Of a DNA stretch of 64,000 nt, positions 19,009 to 29,797 are shown one piece after another (the stretch's first letter is position 1; each line of letters starts with the position of its first letter). The notes under the pieces are model-generated. The model had not been told where the DNA came from, did no database searches, and was given only the letters and a program-made list of their open reading frames with translations. The position numbers were made by a program, and so were the translations under genes. The DNA is from a virus, in UHGV virus genome UHGV-0277313; one strand, given 5' to 3'.

Positions 19009-19569
19009 ATGGATATTACGTACAGCAATATTACGACAACAATGCTGAACAAACTGATTGCGATGTGTGATAATATCAATCGTTTTGGTTCTATTGACGC
19101 TTGCTTTAAAGCAGGATTTGAAACTGTTGTAAATGTTAATCATACATATAACGCACCTGGTGCCGGTGGAAGAGTTGAATATGTACCTATTTCTAAATAC
19201 AGTTTAACTGGCAATGCAATTCCGCAACAGTCAGCGGCAAATTTGACAAATGACTATAATGCATTTATTGCAAAATTAGGTTTAAATTTAAATGAAAAAT
19301 GTACCGTAAATGGTATGTTTTATTTGTTAGAAAACATTACTGAATTTGCTAAATGTAATATCTTTTTTGCAACAAGTATTTACACAGGAAATAAGTGGGT
19401 AGTTTATATTCCTTCAAATGAATCTGTACGTATACATGATATGTCTGAATTATCTGATGATATTGCTCGTGAAAACCCTGTTGTAAAAATCATTGAAGAA
19501 TATGTTTCAGGTATTCGTAATCGCATCAGGGCATACCCTGCGATTTATACGTATATTATTGTTCAATAA
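19009..19569 (+). CDS. Hypothetical protein
   Basis: 186-aa ORF. Confidence 0.5.
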   Translation: MDITYSNITTTMLNKLIAMCDNINRFGSIDACFKAGFETVVNVNHTYNAPGAGGRVEYVPISKYSLTGNAIPQQSAANLTNDYNAFIAKLGLNLNEKCTVNGMFYLLENITEFAKCNIFFATSIYTGNKWVVYIPSNESVRIHDMSELSDDIARENPVVKIIEEYVSGIRNRIRAYPAIYTYIIVQ

Positions 19570-19579
19570 GGAAATTTCG

Positions 19580-20218
19580 ATGAAAAAGTTTAATTTAAAA
19601 TTAGGTAATAACATTTGTCCTTTTTGTGGTAGTGAATTAACATATAATGACGAATATAAAATTGTTTACTGTAAGATATGTAAAGAAAAAGGTCATGCAG
19701 TACAATTTAAATATAAAGATGATCCACAAGAAGCATTTGATTATGCAAACACAAGAAACGGTGAAAATGAACTGTTGGAAAAACTTCAGGATTTGTATGC
19801 ATATCTTAAACAATTAGGTATTGAAGGTCAAAATCTTGAAGATATTTCAGTTGCATCAGAAGGTGAATTGCCAAACAACGGTTGGATTATTACTGAAGAA
19901 GCTGTTGCCTTGCCTTGCGAAGAACCTCATGATGTAATGTATTCACATTTGGTTACAGATAAATCTATCAATTTGTCTGATCGTCAAGCTGTTTGTAATT
20001 CTTTGCATTGTATTAATGTGACATACGTCATGAAAGTCCTTGACATTTATATTCCAAAAAGATATAATGCTAAACAGAAAGAAGTTTTAACGAAGGTTTG
20101 TTCAAAGTATCCAAAAGATACCAAAATTGAAGTTGAGTATTTGACAGATGCTAAAGGAAAACAGTTCGAAACTTTTGATGGAATAAGTGACTTTTTACTA
20201 TTTTTGGATACGATCTAA
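19580..20218 (+). CDS. Zinc-ribbon (CxxC...CxxC) protein
   Basis: ICPFCGS...YCKICKE motif at the N-terminus. Confidence 0.5.
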   Translation: MKKFNLKLGNNICPFCGSELTYNDEYKIVYCKICKEKGHAVQFKYKDDPQEAFDYANTRNGENELLEKLQDLYAYLKQLGIEGQNLEDISVASEGELPNNGWIITEEAVALPCEEPHDVMYSHLVTDKSINLSDRQAVCNSLHCINVTYVMKVLDIYIPKRYNAKQKEVLTKVCSKYPKDTKIEVEYLTDAKGKQFETFDGISDFLLFLDTI

Positions 20219-21081
20219 TGAACATTAAACCAATTACGGAATTTCTTCTTTGGGATAATTGCAATAATAATTGTAAATTTTGTTTTCAACGTAAGAATCC
20301 GCGATTGTTTTCATTAGATGGTCAAAAACAAATTCTTGATAATGTATTAAGTTTTCTTAATTCAGACGATTATATAAAAGGAAGTCATGTACTTGTTGTT
20401 GGCGGTGAGCTTTTCGACCGTGAACGCGAGTTCATGCTTCCTTTTTTTGAACAGATTATAGAAAAAATGTTATCTGATGATATAGATATTCTATATCTGA
20501 ATACGAATTTAATTTATGATGCAACATATTCGACGATGCTTAAACCTGTTTTAAAATTATTTGATGCAAATAATTTATTTGACAGGTTAAAGTTTACAAC
20601 ATCTTTTGATATTGCAGGAAGGTTTAAGACCAAACAGGCACGATCATTAGTATTAAGCAACCTTTTACTGCTAAAGGAAGATTTTCCAAAATTGCGAACT
20701 GTTGTTAATATAATTTTAACAAAACAGTTTTGTGAAAGTGTCATTTATGAAAAGTTTGAAATCTTTCATTTTATGGAATCTTTTGGAGTTAATACAAATC
20801 TAATTCCGTATATTGTTTTAGATAAAGAATTGTGCGCCGATCGGGAAACTATCTTTGCCGCTTTACGAAAGATTAATGAACAACATCCAGAATATATCAG
20901 ACAATACGTAGATAATATGGATTTGCGACATAAACGTTATTTGTATGCTTGTTACCCTGAACATTTACAATTATGTAGTTGTGAAGATTCAGAATGTGGT
21001 CATTCAATAAACTTTAAGAAATATAGTGATGATCCAGAAGCTTGTTTTGTATGTGATTTAAAAAAAGAGTTTGATCAATGA
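20218..21081 (+). CDS. Radical SAM enzyme (array A, 1 of 4)
   Basis: CNNNCKFC (Cx3Cx2C) and VVGGELF motifs. C-terminal cysteines CSCEDSECGHS...CFVCD. Confidence 0.7.
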   Translation: MNIKPITEFLLWDNCNNNCKFCFQRKNPRLFSLDGQKQILDNVLSFLNSDDYIKGSHVLVVGGELFDREREFMLPFFEQIIEKMLSDDIDILYLNTNLIYDATYSTMLKPVLKLFDANNLFDRLKFTTSFDIAGRFKTKQARSLVLSNLLLLKEDFPKLRTVVNIILTKQFCESVIYEKFEIFHFMESFGVNTNLIPYIVLDKELCADRETIFAALRKINEQHPEYIRQYVDNMDLRHKRYLYACYPEHLQLCSCEDSECGHSINFKKYSDDPEACFVCDLKKEFDQ

Positions 21082-22034
21082 CTAAAGTAAATACTAATGT
21101 TGTAGATTGTGGAGAACATCGATTCTTGCAATTCAATCTATGGAAAGATTGTAATAATAATTGTGAATTTTGTTTTTATCGTGGCCACAAATTATTATCA
21201 AATGAAAAGAAAATTTCATCAATTAATTTTGTTAAAGAAAGATTATTAGATTTTGAAGAGTCTGATTTCTATAATGAAATTGGTTTCATTGGCGGTGAGT
21301 TCTTTGATAATCAAATTGAAAATGAGTCTGTTAAAAAAGCTTTTTATGGATTGTTCGATATCCTAAAAGATAAACGTGAACGTGGAAAGCTTGATCGTAT
21401 TTACATTACAACAAACTTAATATTCGATTCACATAAATTATTGCGGCCATTTCTTGACTATTTAAAAGAATTGAACCTTTTAGATATCACATTATTATGC
21501 ACATCGTATGATTTAAAATACAGATTTCATAATGAAAAAGCATTGCAGTATTGGCAAGATAATATGATTAATTTGTCAAAAGATTACAATACAATGATTC
21601 ATACAGAAATTATTGTAACGCAAGCTTTTATTGATGCTGTCATGAGTGGTTCATTTGACATCGAAGATTTCTGTGATAAATATAATACACGAATCGATTA
21701 TATCGAACCTTCTTCAGGTTTCTATTTCTATGATAAAAAGGAATGCGAGAAAGAAGTTAAAGACTTTTTCCCTAAACGTGAGGATTTCTTAAACTTTATT
21801 AGATATACCGCAATTGATAATAATTGGATTGATTTAACAAAATTCTTGTCAATGCGAATCAGATCAGATACGTTGTACTGTCATTTAAAAGGTCAATGGA
21901 GAAAGCTGGAAGGTCGTAGGTCACAATATATATGCCCGACTTTAGGATTGTATGACGTAACGTATGAGAATGGTTATTGTGATTCGACAGAATCAATGGT
22001 CGATGATGTAAATGCATTTTTAGGGAGTGTATGA
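21078..22034 (+). CDS. Radical SAM enzyme (array A, 2 of 4)
   Basis: CNNNCEFC and FIGGEFF motifs. Start overlaps the upstream stop. Confidence 0.7.
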   Translation: MTKVNTNVVDCGEHRFLQFNLWKDCNNNCEFCFYRGHKLLSNEKKISSINFVKERLLDFEESDFYNEIGFIGGEFFDNQIENESVKKAFYGLFDILKDKRERGKLDRIYITTNLIFDSHKLLRPFLDYLKELNLLDITLLCTSYDLKYRFHNEKALQYWQDNMINLSKDYNTMIHTEIIVTQAFIDAVMSGSFDIEDFCDKYNTRIDYIEPSSGFYFYDKKECEKEVKDFFPKREDFLNFIRYTAIDNNWIDLTKFLSMRIRSDTLYCHLKGQWRKLEGRRSQYICPTLGLYDVTYENGYCDSTESMVDDVNAFLGSV

Positions 22035-22966
22035 TGGGGAAAATGGTTCAATATTCGATGTGGTCAAATTGCAGTAATCATTGTGATTTTTGTTTAATTC
22101 GTGATCATCATCATTATACAAAAAAAGAACAGATTGCGAATATACGTAGAATTCGTGAGAATATAAAACATGTTGACTGGCAGAATGAATTTTCATACGG
22201 AATTTCTTTATTAGGTGGTGAGCTTTATTTTATTACTGATAAAGAAGTGCAAGATGAATTTATGTTGTTAATTGATGATATCATTGAAAATATCTTGTTA
22301 AAAGTGGATAATAAATTCTGCCGATATTCATCTGTTACTAACGGTTTATATGAGCCTTCTTTCCTGTTTCGCGTAATTGATGAAATAAAAAATAGAGCAG
22401 GTATTGAAAAAGTTGACATTAACTTTTCATATGATTTGAAATATCGTTATCATTCAGAAGCTAGAAGAAAATTGGCTTTGGAAAATATTAACAAATTTCA
22501 TGACAGATATGATTATAGAGTTGGCGTACAAATGATTGTTACACAACATTTGATTAATTTGTGTAAATCAGGTGAATTTAATGTAGCAGAATTTGTTGAA
22601 AAAGAAATTCCTGGATGTGTATTGTCTTTATTATACCCGCACCCTGTTCAAACTGGTAATGTATTGCCGGATTTCTTTTTTACACGCGATGACCTGTTTT
22701 GGTTCGTTAATTATTTAAGAGAGAATTGTTTGGATACATATTATAATTTCCTATACAGTACAAAAAATTCTGGTACGTTTAAATATACAGGTTTTCTTGA
22801 CAGATCGTCTAAAGGTATGAAACAATTGGATCAGCAGCCAACATTGTCTGATGGTAAAGAAGAATTAAGTGAATGTGGTCATTCTGTTTTGTATAAATGC
22901 TATTCAGATAGTGATGAATGTATGTTATGTGACTTGGAATTATTAGAAGCGGATATTAATTCATGA
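22031..22966 (+). CDS. Radical SAM enzyme (array A, 3 of 4)
   Basis: CSNHCDFC and LLGGELYF motifs. C-terminal ECGHS...CYSDSDECMLCD. Confidence 0.7.
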   Translation: MMGKMVQYSMWSNCSNHCDFCLIRDHHHYTKKEQIANIRRIRENIKHVDWQNEFSYGISLLGGELYFITDKEVQDEFMLLIDDIIENILLKVDNKFCRYSSVTNGLYEPSFLFRVIDEIKNRAGIEKVDINFSYDLKYRYHSEARRKLALENINKFHDRYDYRVGVQMIVTQHLINLCKSGEFNVAEFVEKEIPGCVLSLLYPHPVQTGNVLPDFFFTRDDLFWFVNYLRENCLDTYYNFLYSTKNSGTFKYTGFLDRSSKGMKQLDQQPTLSDGKEELSECGHSVLYKCYSDSDECMLCDLELLEADINS

Positions 22967-23943
22967 ATAAAGAAAATGATAACAGACAAGAATGTCAATT
23001 TGAAGTTTGGACTGAATGCAATTCTAAATGTGTGTTTTGTTATTTAAGTACAAATAACATTAAAACATTAGATGAAATTAAAATAAAACAGATGAATGAA
23101 ATCATCGATAGCATGAAAGCCGATGACTTTTGTGAAAAGTTTAATAAAGTTGCATTCATTGGCGGTGAATTTTATCAAGGTCAACTATCAAATCCTGAAG
23201 TCAAGTCTAAATTTATGGAAATGATGGATGTTGCAGCAGATTTACTAAACAGTGGTAAAATTACTGAAGTTTGGACTTGTGCAACTTTAACAATTGGTGA
23301 TCAGAAGGATATGTATGAAGTCTTGAAGAAATTCAATGACATATCAAGAGTTTGGGTGTTGACATCATACGATACTATAGGAAGATTTCATACACCTAAA
23401 ATGAAACAGACGTGGCTTGATAACATGCAGAAGTTACGTGACACATACAAAGATATTAAGATTAACATTACATCAATCTTAACTGGTGATTTTATTGATA
23501 AATATCTTGAAGGAACTTTAGATTTATGGGAAATTGCTAATCAGTATAATGCAGCAATTTTCTTAAAACCAGCATGCCCTATTGATAGAAACGAAAAGTC
23601 ACAATACACTAAAGAAGAAACCAATCAAATTATACCAAACTTTTTCCCAACACGTGACAAATTTATTGAGTTTCTATATAAATTTAAAATGAATGAGCCT
23701 GAATTCATGTATGATAAATTATTCAACATGAAATATAGAAGCGATTATTTATATCGTTTTGAAGAAGGTGAAATGCATTGTTCGCATCGAGTAAAAGAAA
23801 CACAGCAAGAGTTTTATGATAAACAAATAGCTGATAATGTTGTTAATAAATGCGGACATAGTTCACAATATCAAATATATCTTGATAGTGATGAATGTGC
23901 TGTTTGTGATAAAGAAATGATTAAGGAAATGGTGAATGATTGA
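22963..23943 (+). CDS. Radical SAM enzyme (array A, 4 of 4)
   Basis: CNSKCVFC and FIGGEFYQ motifs. C-terminal KCGHS...DSDECAVCD. Confidence 0.7.
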   Translation: MNKENDNRQECQFEVWTECNSKCVFCYLSTNNIKTLDEIKIKQMNEIIDSMKADDFCEKFNKVAFIGGEFYQGQLSNPEVKSKFMEMMDVAADLLNSGKITEVWTCATLTIGDQKDMYEVLKKFNDISRVWVLTSYDTIGRFHTPKMKQTWLDNMQKLRDTYKDIKINITSILTGDFIDKYLEGTLDLWEIANQYNAAIFLKPACPIDRNEKSQYTKEETNQIIPNFFPTRDKFIEFLYKFKMNEPEFMYDKLFNMKYRSDYLYRFEEGEMHCSHRVKETQQEFYDKQIADNVVNKCGHSSQYQIYLDSDECAVCDKEMIKEMVND

Positions 23944-24874
23944 GTCTATTCTAGAAAAAGTATCTTTTAACAATGCCGAATTTGCATTTTATAAAGAGTC
24001 ACTTAAAAGTTACAATGCAAAAGAAATCATGTCTGAACATGATTATGAATCAGTTGATAAAGCATTGAAAGAATTTCTTCCTTGCAAAATTAATGACGAT
24101 TATCATTTTACATTTTCAACAACCGCAACTGATTTAATTAAACAGTTATTTAAAAAGTATGTTGATGATGACACATTGGTTTTGACAACAAATAGTGAAC
24201 ATCCTAAAGTTCAGGAAATTTTAAAGAAATGCAAAAACGTAGTTAAAGCTTTTGATAAAGAAAGTTTACAACAGTTTACAGTTGATAATAAATATAAACG
24301 CGTTTTTATTTATATGATTGGGACAATGTGTGCAACAGGCCACATTGTTTATGATCAGGAGTTTGAATCAATCATTGAACGTGCAAAAGCTTCAGGTAAA
24401 GAAGTCATTACAGTCATTGATGCAGTTCAAGAACTATTCCTATTACACCGTGATTATAACAAATTCGATTATATTATTGGTACAGCACATGCCTTAATTC
24501 CTGAATATAATGTTGGTTTAATGTTGTCAAAAGACACATCAGTTGGAAAACATTTGATGATTGCGCAACCTTTTGTAACGATGTTAAAATGGCTTTTAAA
24601 GCGCAAAGAATACCTATATCAATTCAGTACTTTTATGAGTATGGAATTTGGCAATACCCGTAATACACAATTCTATCATGATTTTGGTATCAGTCATCTA
24701 TTCTTTATTAAAACCAGAAATGGTGAATTTAATCAGATGCAAGAAGAAGATACTGTAAAAGATAATATCGACAATGTTGGTGTATTATTTAGAGGTTGTT
24801 GGTCTGTTGTAGATCGTGAAACTTTTGATAATCTTTTACAAACAACAAAATTCATTGTTGAAGGGAATATCTAA
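23936..24874 (+). CDS. IscS/NifS-like PLP-fold protein lacking PLP lysine (paralog 2)
   Basis: LTTNSEHPKV and VIDAVQELF...IIGTAHALIP motifs. Confidence 0.5.
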   Translation: MIESILEKVSFNNAEFAFYKESLKSYNAKEIMSEHDYESVDKALKEFLPCKINDDYHFTFSTTATDLIKQLFKKYVDDDTLVLTTNSEHPKVQEILKKCKNVVKAFDKESLQQFTVDNKYKRVFIYMIGTMCATGHIVYDQEFESIIERAKASGKEVITVIDAVQELFLLHRDYNKFDYIIGTAHALIPEYNVGLMLSKDTSVGKHLMIAQPFVTMLKWLLKRKEYLYQFSTFMSMEFGNTRNTQFYHDFGISHLFFIKTRNGEFNQMQEEDTVKDNIDNVGVLFRGCWSVVDRETFDNLLQTTKFIVEGNI

Positions 24875-25833
24875 TGAAATTAATTACTAATTGGTTGAAT
24901 AGTTTTGATTATTCAAAAAATGAATTAGAACAATTGGCAAGAATACGGATATCCGATGATATCATTATAGATAACTTTGATGAAGAAAAAGTTCGAACTT
25001 TTTCAATGATACCGTTTGATAGCTTTAAATATAATCATCTGACTGTTGATACATGTGCAACAAATATCATTAATAATTTATTTGATAAATATGTTGATGA
25101 CGATACTTTGGTTATTACAACAGGAAGTGAACATCATTCTGTTAGAAACAATCTAAACAAATGCCAAAATGTTGTTAATTTTGTTTGTCGTGGGGAAATC
25201 CGTCAAGATATAGATATAATTAACACAATAAAACCTTTTAAAAAAGTATTCATTTATATGATTGCTTTAAGTGTCGGCGACCCACATTATCTTAACAATT
25301 GTATTGTGGAGCAATTACAAAACATTCTAAAAGAAAACAATAAACAATTCGTTACTGTATTAGATGCTGTACAAGAATTGTTTTTATTACCACGAGATTA
25401 TTCAATCTATGATTATGTTGTAGGCACTTCACATGCGTTAATACCGAATTATGATATGGGAATGTTATTCGGTAAAGAAGAGCTTTCATATAAAGCGGGA
25501 AATTGGTTGAAAGATTTTAACGATTGTCTGGAAATTCTTTTAAGAAACCGCGACAAATTATATCAATTGAACGTTGTAATGCGTCAACACTTTGCCAAAT
25601 ATACATGTTTCGATAAAGATTTAATTGATTCAAGTCGTGCACCGTATGTTTATAATTTGTGTGATTATAAAAAACGTTTAGACGGTTTAAACGATGTCGA
25701 TTACGAACGAGGAGCAGTAGCTCCTGGTGATTACACACCTGTTACTTTTAGGGCATGCCCGTTTTTAGCACATCAAGAAAAGTTCCTTGATAGAATACAA
25801 ACGATTGATAATATCCTTGAATCAGATATGTGA
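24874..25833 (+). CDS. IscS/NifS-like PLP-fold protein lacking PLP lysine (paralog 3)
   Basis: VDTCATN, ITTGSEHHSV and VLDAVQELF...VVGTSHALIP motifs. Confidence 0.5.
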   Translation: MKLITNWLNSFDYSKNELEQLARIRISDDIIIDNFDEEKVRTFSMIPFDSFKYNHLTVDTCATNIINNLFDKYVDDDTLVITTGSEHHSVRNNLNKCQNVVNFVCRGEIRQDIDIINTIKPFKKVFIYMIALSVGDPHYLNNCIVEQLQNILKENNKQFVTVLDAVQELFLLPRDYSIYDYVVGTSHALIPNYDMGMLFGKEELSYKAGNWLKDFNDCLEILLRNRDKLYQLNVVMRQHFAKYTCFDKDLIDSSRAPYVYNLCDYKKRLDGLNDVDYERGAVAPGDYTPVTFRACPFLAHQEKFLDRIQTIDNILESDM

Positions 25834-25837
25834 AGAT

Positions 25838-25864
25838 AAAGGCTGGAAACTAAATCCAGCCTTT
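25838..25864. terminator. Bidirectional terminator hairpin
   Basis: AAAGGCTGGA-aactaaa-TCCAGCCTTT. Confidence 0.65.
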
Positions 25865-25868
25865 ATAT

Positions 25869-26483
25869 TTATTGAATTGCTTTATCTATATTGACAACAC
25901 GTTGTTGTTGATCCATTGTACGATAAAGTTGTTTGTCAAACCAATCTAAACCTTCAGGTGTGTTCGGAACAATTATAAATTTTAAATCATCTTTAAAACG
26001 TATCGAGTTGTCTTCGATAAAAGGTTTGAACATATCTTTCACACAAATGAATTTCCAATTATTCAAGACATATTTGCGTAATTCAGAATAAATTCCGAAA
26101 GCGTCAAGGTGATCTAAACGAAGAAGAGTGTCATTAATTTTGTCATAATCTTCTTCAGTAATTGTTGACATTGAACAACCGCAAACAATTTGTGATTGTT
26201 TTGTTTTATCAAAACTTAATTGATTAACTGTTAAAATAACTAAATGAGTTTTATCAAAAAATATACGCATTTTCACAAAACTAAAAACACCTTTTTCTGA
26301 CACATCATTTTTAGAATGAAAAGAAAATTCTTTGATATCTTCTAGATTCCATTGAGAGCCATCAACATATGGCGAAATGTAACCAAAATCTTCTTTTGCA
26401 TACTTTAGATGTTTTTCTTCTAAAGGTTGTTCGTAACTATCTTCCATGTATTCAAGAAAGGTTTCAATAAACGTCTTTTTCAT
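25869..26483 (-). CDS. Hypothetical protein
   Basis: Shine-Dalgarno GAAGGTGA precedes the ATG at 26483; the track ORF extends to 26561. Confidence 0.5.
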   Translation of the reverse strand: MKKTFIETFLEYMEDSYEQPLEEKHLKYAKEDFGYISPYVDGSQWNLEDIKEFSFHSKNDVSEKGVFSFVKMRIFFDKTHLVILTVNQLSFDKTKQSQIVCGCSMSTITEEDYDKINDTLLRLDHLDAFGIYSELRKYVLNNWKFICVKDMFKPFIEDNSIRFKDDLKFIIVPNTPEGLDWFDKQLYRTMDQQQRVVNIDKAIQ

Positions 26484-26637
26484 AAAAATCACCTTCATAT
26501 TCTTATATAAAATAAAGAACGAACAGTGAAAGTCTAACACATATTTAAGACACAAAAACACGTTATTTAAGTTTTTGTTTTTATCATATTTAAATTATTT
26601 AATAAATAAAGTGTGTTTTTAAACCCCGCTTTCCTTT

Positions 26638-27255
26638 TTATATTGCAATTATTTTTACATAGCCACCTATAGCAGGAAACGAAGCATTATTTTGTCCTGC
26701 ATTGTTATTCCCTGAAGCGCCAGGACCTGTTATTGTTCCATCATATGTTGAAACTGTACGTGTTGAACCAGGCGTATTCCAAGAATCATAAATAGCAAAC
26801 CATTTACCATTTACAGGTGTTGCATTACTTATTATTTGAAAATTTGTCCATAGATTAGTATCGAAACCGCCTGTTGAATACCCAATAGCTTTTGTACCAT
26901 CACCAACTTTTCCAGAGTTAAAGGCAGCGCCTACTTGGGATAAATCACCTTGTGGGGAAATAAAAATATTGGACGAATAATCCGGCAACGTTCCAACACC
27001 AGAAGCCACACCGGTATTTGTCGGTGCAGCAATATTTCCATAACTAAAATTTGAGTTATCACCACCATTACCAACAACTATATACAGTTTTTGCCCTGCA
27101 TGTTTAGGTTTTATTCGTATAATTCCACAACCTGAACCACTTGCCGTTGATCTTGACCAATAGAGCTTATAACGTTTATCTGTATGTTTGTTTAACTTGT
27201 TTGTACGATTATGTCTTTTTGGTTTATTATCAATAAAGTTACTGATATTTATCAT
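26638..27255 (-). CDS. Gly-rich structural-type protein
   Basis: LYIVVGNGGDNS... Gly/Thr/Asn-rich sequence. Immediately downstream of 27270..27527. Confidence 0.5.
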   Translation of the reverse strand: MINISNFIDNKPKRHNRTNKLNKHTDKRYKLYWSRSTASGSGCGIIRIKPKHAGQKLYIVVGNGGDNSNFSYGNIAAPTNTGVASGVGTLPDYSSNIFISPQGDLSQVGAAFNSGKVGDGTKAIGYSTGGFDTNLWTNFQIISNATPVNGKWFAIYDSWNTPGSTRTVSTYDGTITGPGASGNNNAGQNNASFPAIGGYVKIIAI

Positions 27256-27269
27256 GAAAATTTCCTTTT

Positions 27270-27527
27270 TTATAAGTCAACAACTGCACCAACTACAGGT
27301 GAACCCCCACCGACAACAACTATCTCAACCATTTGTGATGTCGGTAACATTATTTCATAGGTACTAAAACCACCACCACCATTATTACCAAACTTTTCAA
27401 ACAAAACAGTTCCAGAAGGTAAAGCTTTTTGATATATCAAAGTTTGACCTTGATAAATTTCTTTGATTACTCTGTCACCAAAAGTAACTAAAGGAACTTT
27501 ATTTCCTTGATAAATTATCATATGCAA
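27270..27527 (-). CDS. Small Gly-rich protein (IYQG...VVVGGG family)
   Basis: IYQGNKVPLV...IYQGQTLIY then VEIVVVGGGSP. Confidence 0.5.
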   Translation of the reverse strand: MHMIIYQGNKVPLVTFGDRVIKEIYQGQTLIYQKALPSGTVLFEKFGNNGGGGFSTYEIMLPTSQMVEIVVVGGGSPVVGAVVDL

Positions 27528-27583
27528 CTCTTTCTAGTAATATAAACACAATTGTATCTCTATACAACTAAAAAGAAGAACAA

Positions 27584-27603
27584 AACGTCGTACGACTTAA
27601 TTA
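27584..27603 (-). promoter_or_regulatory. Palindrome-box motif (TTAAGTCGTACGACGTTTTGTTC on the minus strand) directed at 27270..27527
   Basis: Copy of TCGTACGA plus a GAAG/GTTC-type extension. One of the pair in the divergent intergenic region. Confidence 0.45.
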
Positions 27604-27685
27604 TGAAAATTTAAAAATAGAATGTAACAACAAATGGTGCATCAGAATGTCCATCAATAAAAATAACATGATTCATTTTAAATTA

Positions 27686-27705
27686 AGTCGTACGACTTGA
27701 AGGTC
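27686..27705 (+). promoter_or_regulatory. Palindrome-box motif AGTCGTACGACTTGAAGGTC ~38 nt upstream of 27744
   Basis: Exact GTCGTACGAC palindrome followed by TTGAAGGTC. Confidence 0.5.
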
Positions 27706-27743
27706 TATTGATCAAATGATGTTTTAGAATACAGGTTTGTTTA

Positions 27744-28382
27744 ATGTCAATCAATAATCAAGGTCGAAAAATAAAAGTAATTTATAAAGGTTCAACAAAG
27801 TTTGGACGTGTTTATAAAGGTGAACAGATAATTTTTGGAACAAAGTTTCATGATGTAAAAACTTTTACAGCGTCCGGAAGTTTTATCTTTCCAAACAGAC
27901 TGATTTCATTGACTATTACAGTTGTTGGTGGCGGTGGTGCATCTGGTGGTTGGTCAAATGATAGGCACGGTTGGTACACACCAAAACCTGGTCAAAACGG
28001 CGGAAAAGCTATACATTCACTGTCTAATGCAATTGATTATTCAAATAAAACTGTAACGTTTATTGTTGGTGATGGTGGAAAAGCTGGTGCTCAAGCCTGG
28101 TCTGGAAAATTTAACGGGTTTTATGCTTCTACCAAAGGCGGCGACAGTTCAGTTCCATTGTTTAATTTGGTTGCGACAGGTGGTTATCAAGGGTGGACTG
28201 CAGGAAACCCTCAATCTACTGATAACCAACCTGGTACGGCATCTGGTGGCAATACGTTCAATGGTGTTTCAACAGATGCATATCCTGCAAATGGTGGTGG
28301 CGCCCCAATTTCTTCATCGGTTGGTGCTGGCATTAATGGTGTTGTCGGTAAAGTAGTTTTTGATTATTACTATTGGAAATAA
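27744..28382 (+). CDS. Gly-rich structural-type protein (KVIYKG...TITVVGGGGASG)
   Basis: Paralog of 6948..7691 and 33744..34385. Confidence 0.6.
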   Translation: MSINNQGRKIKVIYKGSTKFGRVYKGEQIIFGTKFHDVKTFTASGSFIFPNRLISLTITVVGGGGASGGWSNDRHGWYTPKPGQNGGKAIHSLSNAIDYSNKTVTFIVGDGGKAGAQAWSGKFNGFYASTKGGDSSVPLFNLVATGGYQGWTAGNPQSTDNQPGTASGGNTFNGVSTDAYPANGGGAPISSSVGAGINGVVGKVVFDYYYWK

Positions 28383-28449
28383 CCTTGATTTTGTTCGTTT
28401 TTTATGCTATCTTAAAACAATCTAAAACTAATTGAAAGGTTTTTTAATA

Positions 28450-29373
28450 ATGAATAAAGACGAACTATCATTACTTCCTGATTGTATAAAACAACAGGTT
28501 GAAAAATGTCTGAAATTTGAAGAAGATTGCAAGAAGCAAGATGAAATTGAATTTCGTGAATTTGCCAAAACACACAATAACCTATCAGCAAGCGAATTTG
28601 TATTACAGTATTATAATATAACAAAAAAGACATTGACAAATGAACGGTTGTATTGGTATTTGCAAGTTTATGGCACAAATACATATGGCGCAAGTGTTGC
28701 TAAATTTGTATTAGATAACATTGGTTTGCATGATAATGCTGTTGTAACTGTTGAAAATAAACCAAAAGAATGTTTAAAAGAGTTTAAGGATCCAGTTGTT
28801 CCTCCTTGTACAATAACTTGTACTTGTGAACAACCGTCTATAACAATACAAGAAAATGTTTGTTGGGATTTATTTTCTGAACGAATTGAAGAAAGTAAAA
28901 CATTTCAAAAGTTCAGTCAAAAAACTGTTGATTATAATGAAGAAATTTATCAGATGTCAAGGGCTATTTATCAAGCTTGTAAAATGCAAGAAGATAAATC
29001 AACTACAATTATAGATCTATTTAACATGCTTTATCAAAATGATGGATCTAAAAAGCTTGAAGACAATGATAATTATAAATTTCTTGCTGAATTAATTAAG
29101 GTCATGTCATCATATGGAATAATTAAACGTAAGGCATTGACTTTTAAAATTGTCGAAAATCTTTTTACGTATGATCGTGTAAAAATTTGTATTATAAAAA
29201 CATGTTGCTATTCTGAACTGTTTACTAAAGAAGAAAAAATTAACTATTTGCAACAAGTTGGTACATTGAATGTTGTTGAATTAACAAGTATTTTCAAACA
29301 GGCACACGAAAAAACAACTGAACTTTTAGAAAGTTTAGAGTTAAAGAAAAAGCGTAAAAGAAGAAGCAAATAA
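28450..29373 (+). CDS. Hypothetical protein with basic C-terminus
   Basis: Shine-Dalgarno AAAGG precedes ATG 28450. Ends KKKRKRRSK. Confidence 0.5.
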   Translation: MNKDELSLLPDCIKQQVEKCLKFEEDCKKQDEIEFREFAKTHNNLSASEFVLQYYNITKKTLTNERLYWYLQVYGTNTYGASVAKFVLDNIGLHDNAVVTVENKPKECLKEFKDPVVPPCTITCTCEQPSITIQENVCWDLFSERIEESKTFQKFSQKTVDYNEEIYQMSRAIYQACKMQEDKSTTIIDLFNMLYQNDGSKKLEDNDNYKFLAELIKVMSSYGIIKRKALTFKIVENLFTYDRVKICIIKTCCYSELFTKEEKINYLQQVGTLNVVELTSIFKQAHEKTTELLESLELKKKRKRRSK

Positions 29374-29797
29374 AATAATTAAGCGGGTAACTTTATTTGT
29401 TACCCGCTTTTCTTTTTATATAGCTAATTTAAATTCCGGTGATTTAATTGCAGAAAGAAAATCTGGAAATTGTTTTACAACTGGTTCAATCATTTCGTCT
29501 TTTCTACACATACAGGTTATTCCATTGCTGTATAGGTAAAAACAAAACTCATCTGATACTTTAGTAATTAAGAATCTTTCTCCACAAAAGGTTTCTCTCA
29601 ATTGGAAGGCTTTAGGAAGTGCGATTTTAGACATAGGGGTTTCACCTTGTTTACAGTTGCACGGACATTATCAAGAACATCAACATCAACGTAATTCAAT
29701 CAGTTTTTGAATGACAGTTGCCCTTAATCAAATAATATTGTTGACAAATCTATCAATGCAATGATAATTTTTTAATTTGACAAAAATTAAACAAAAT

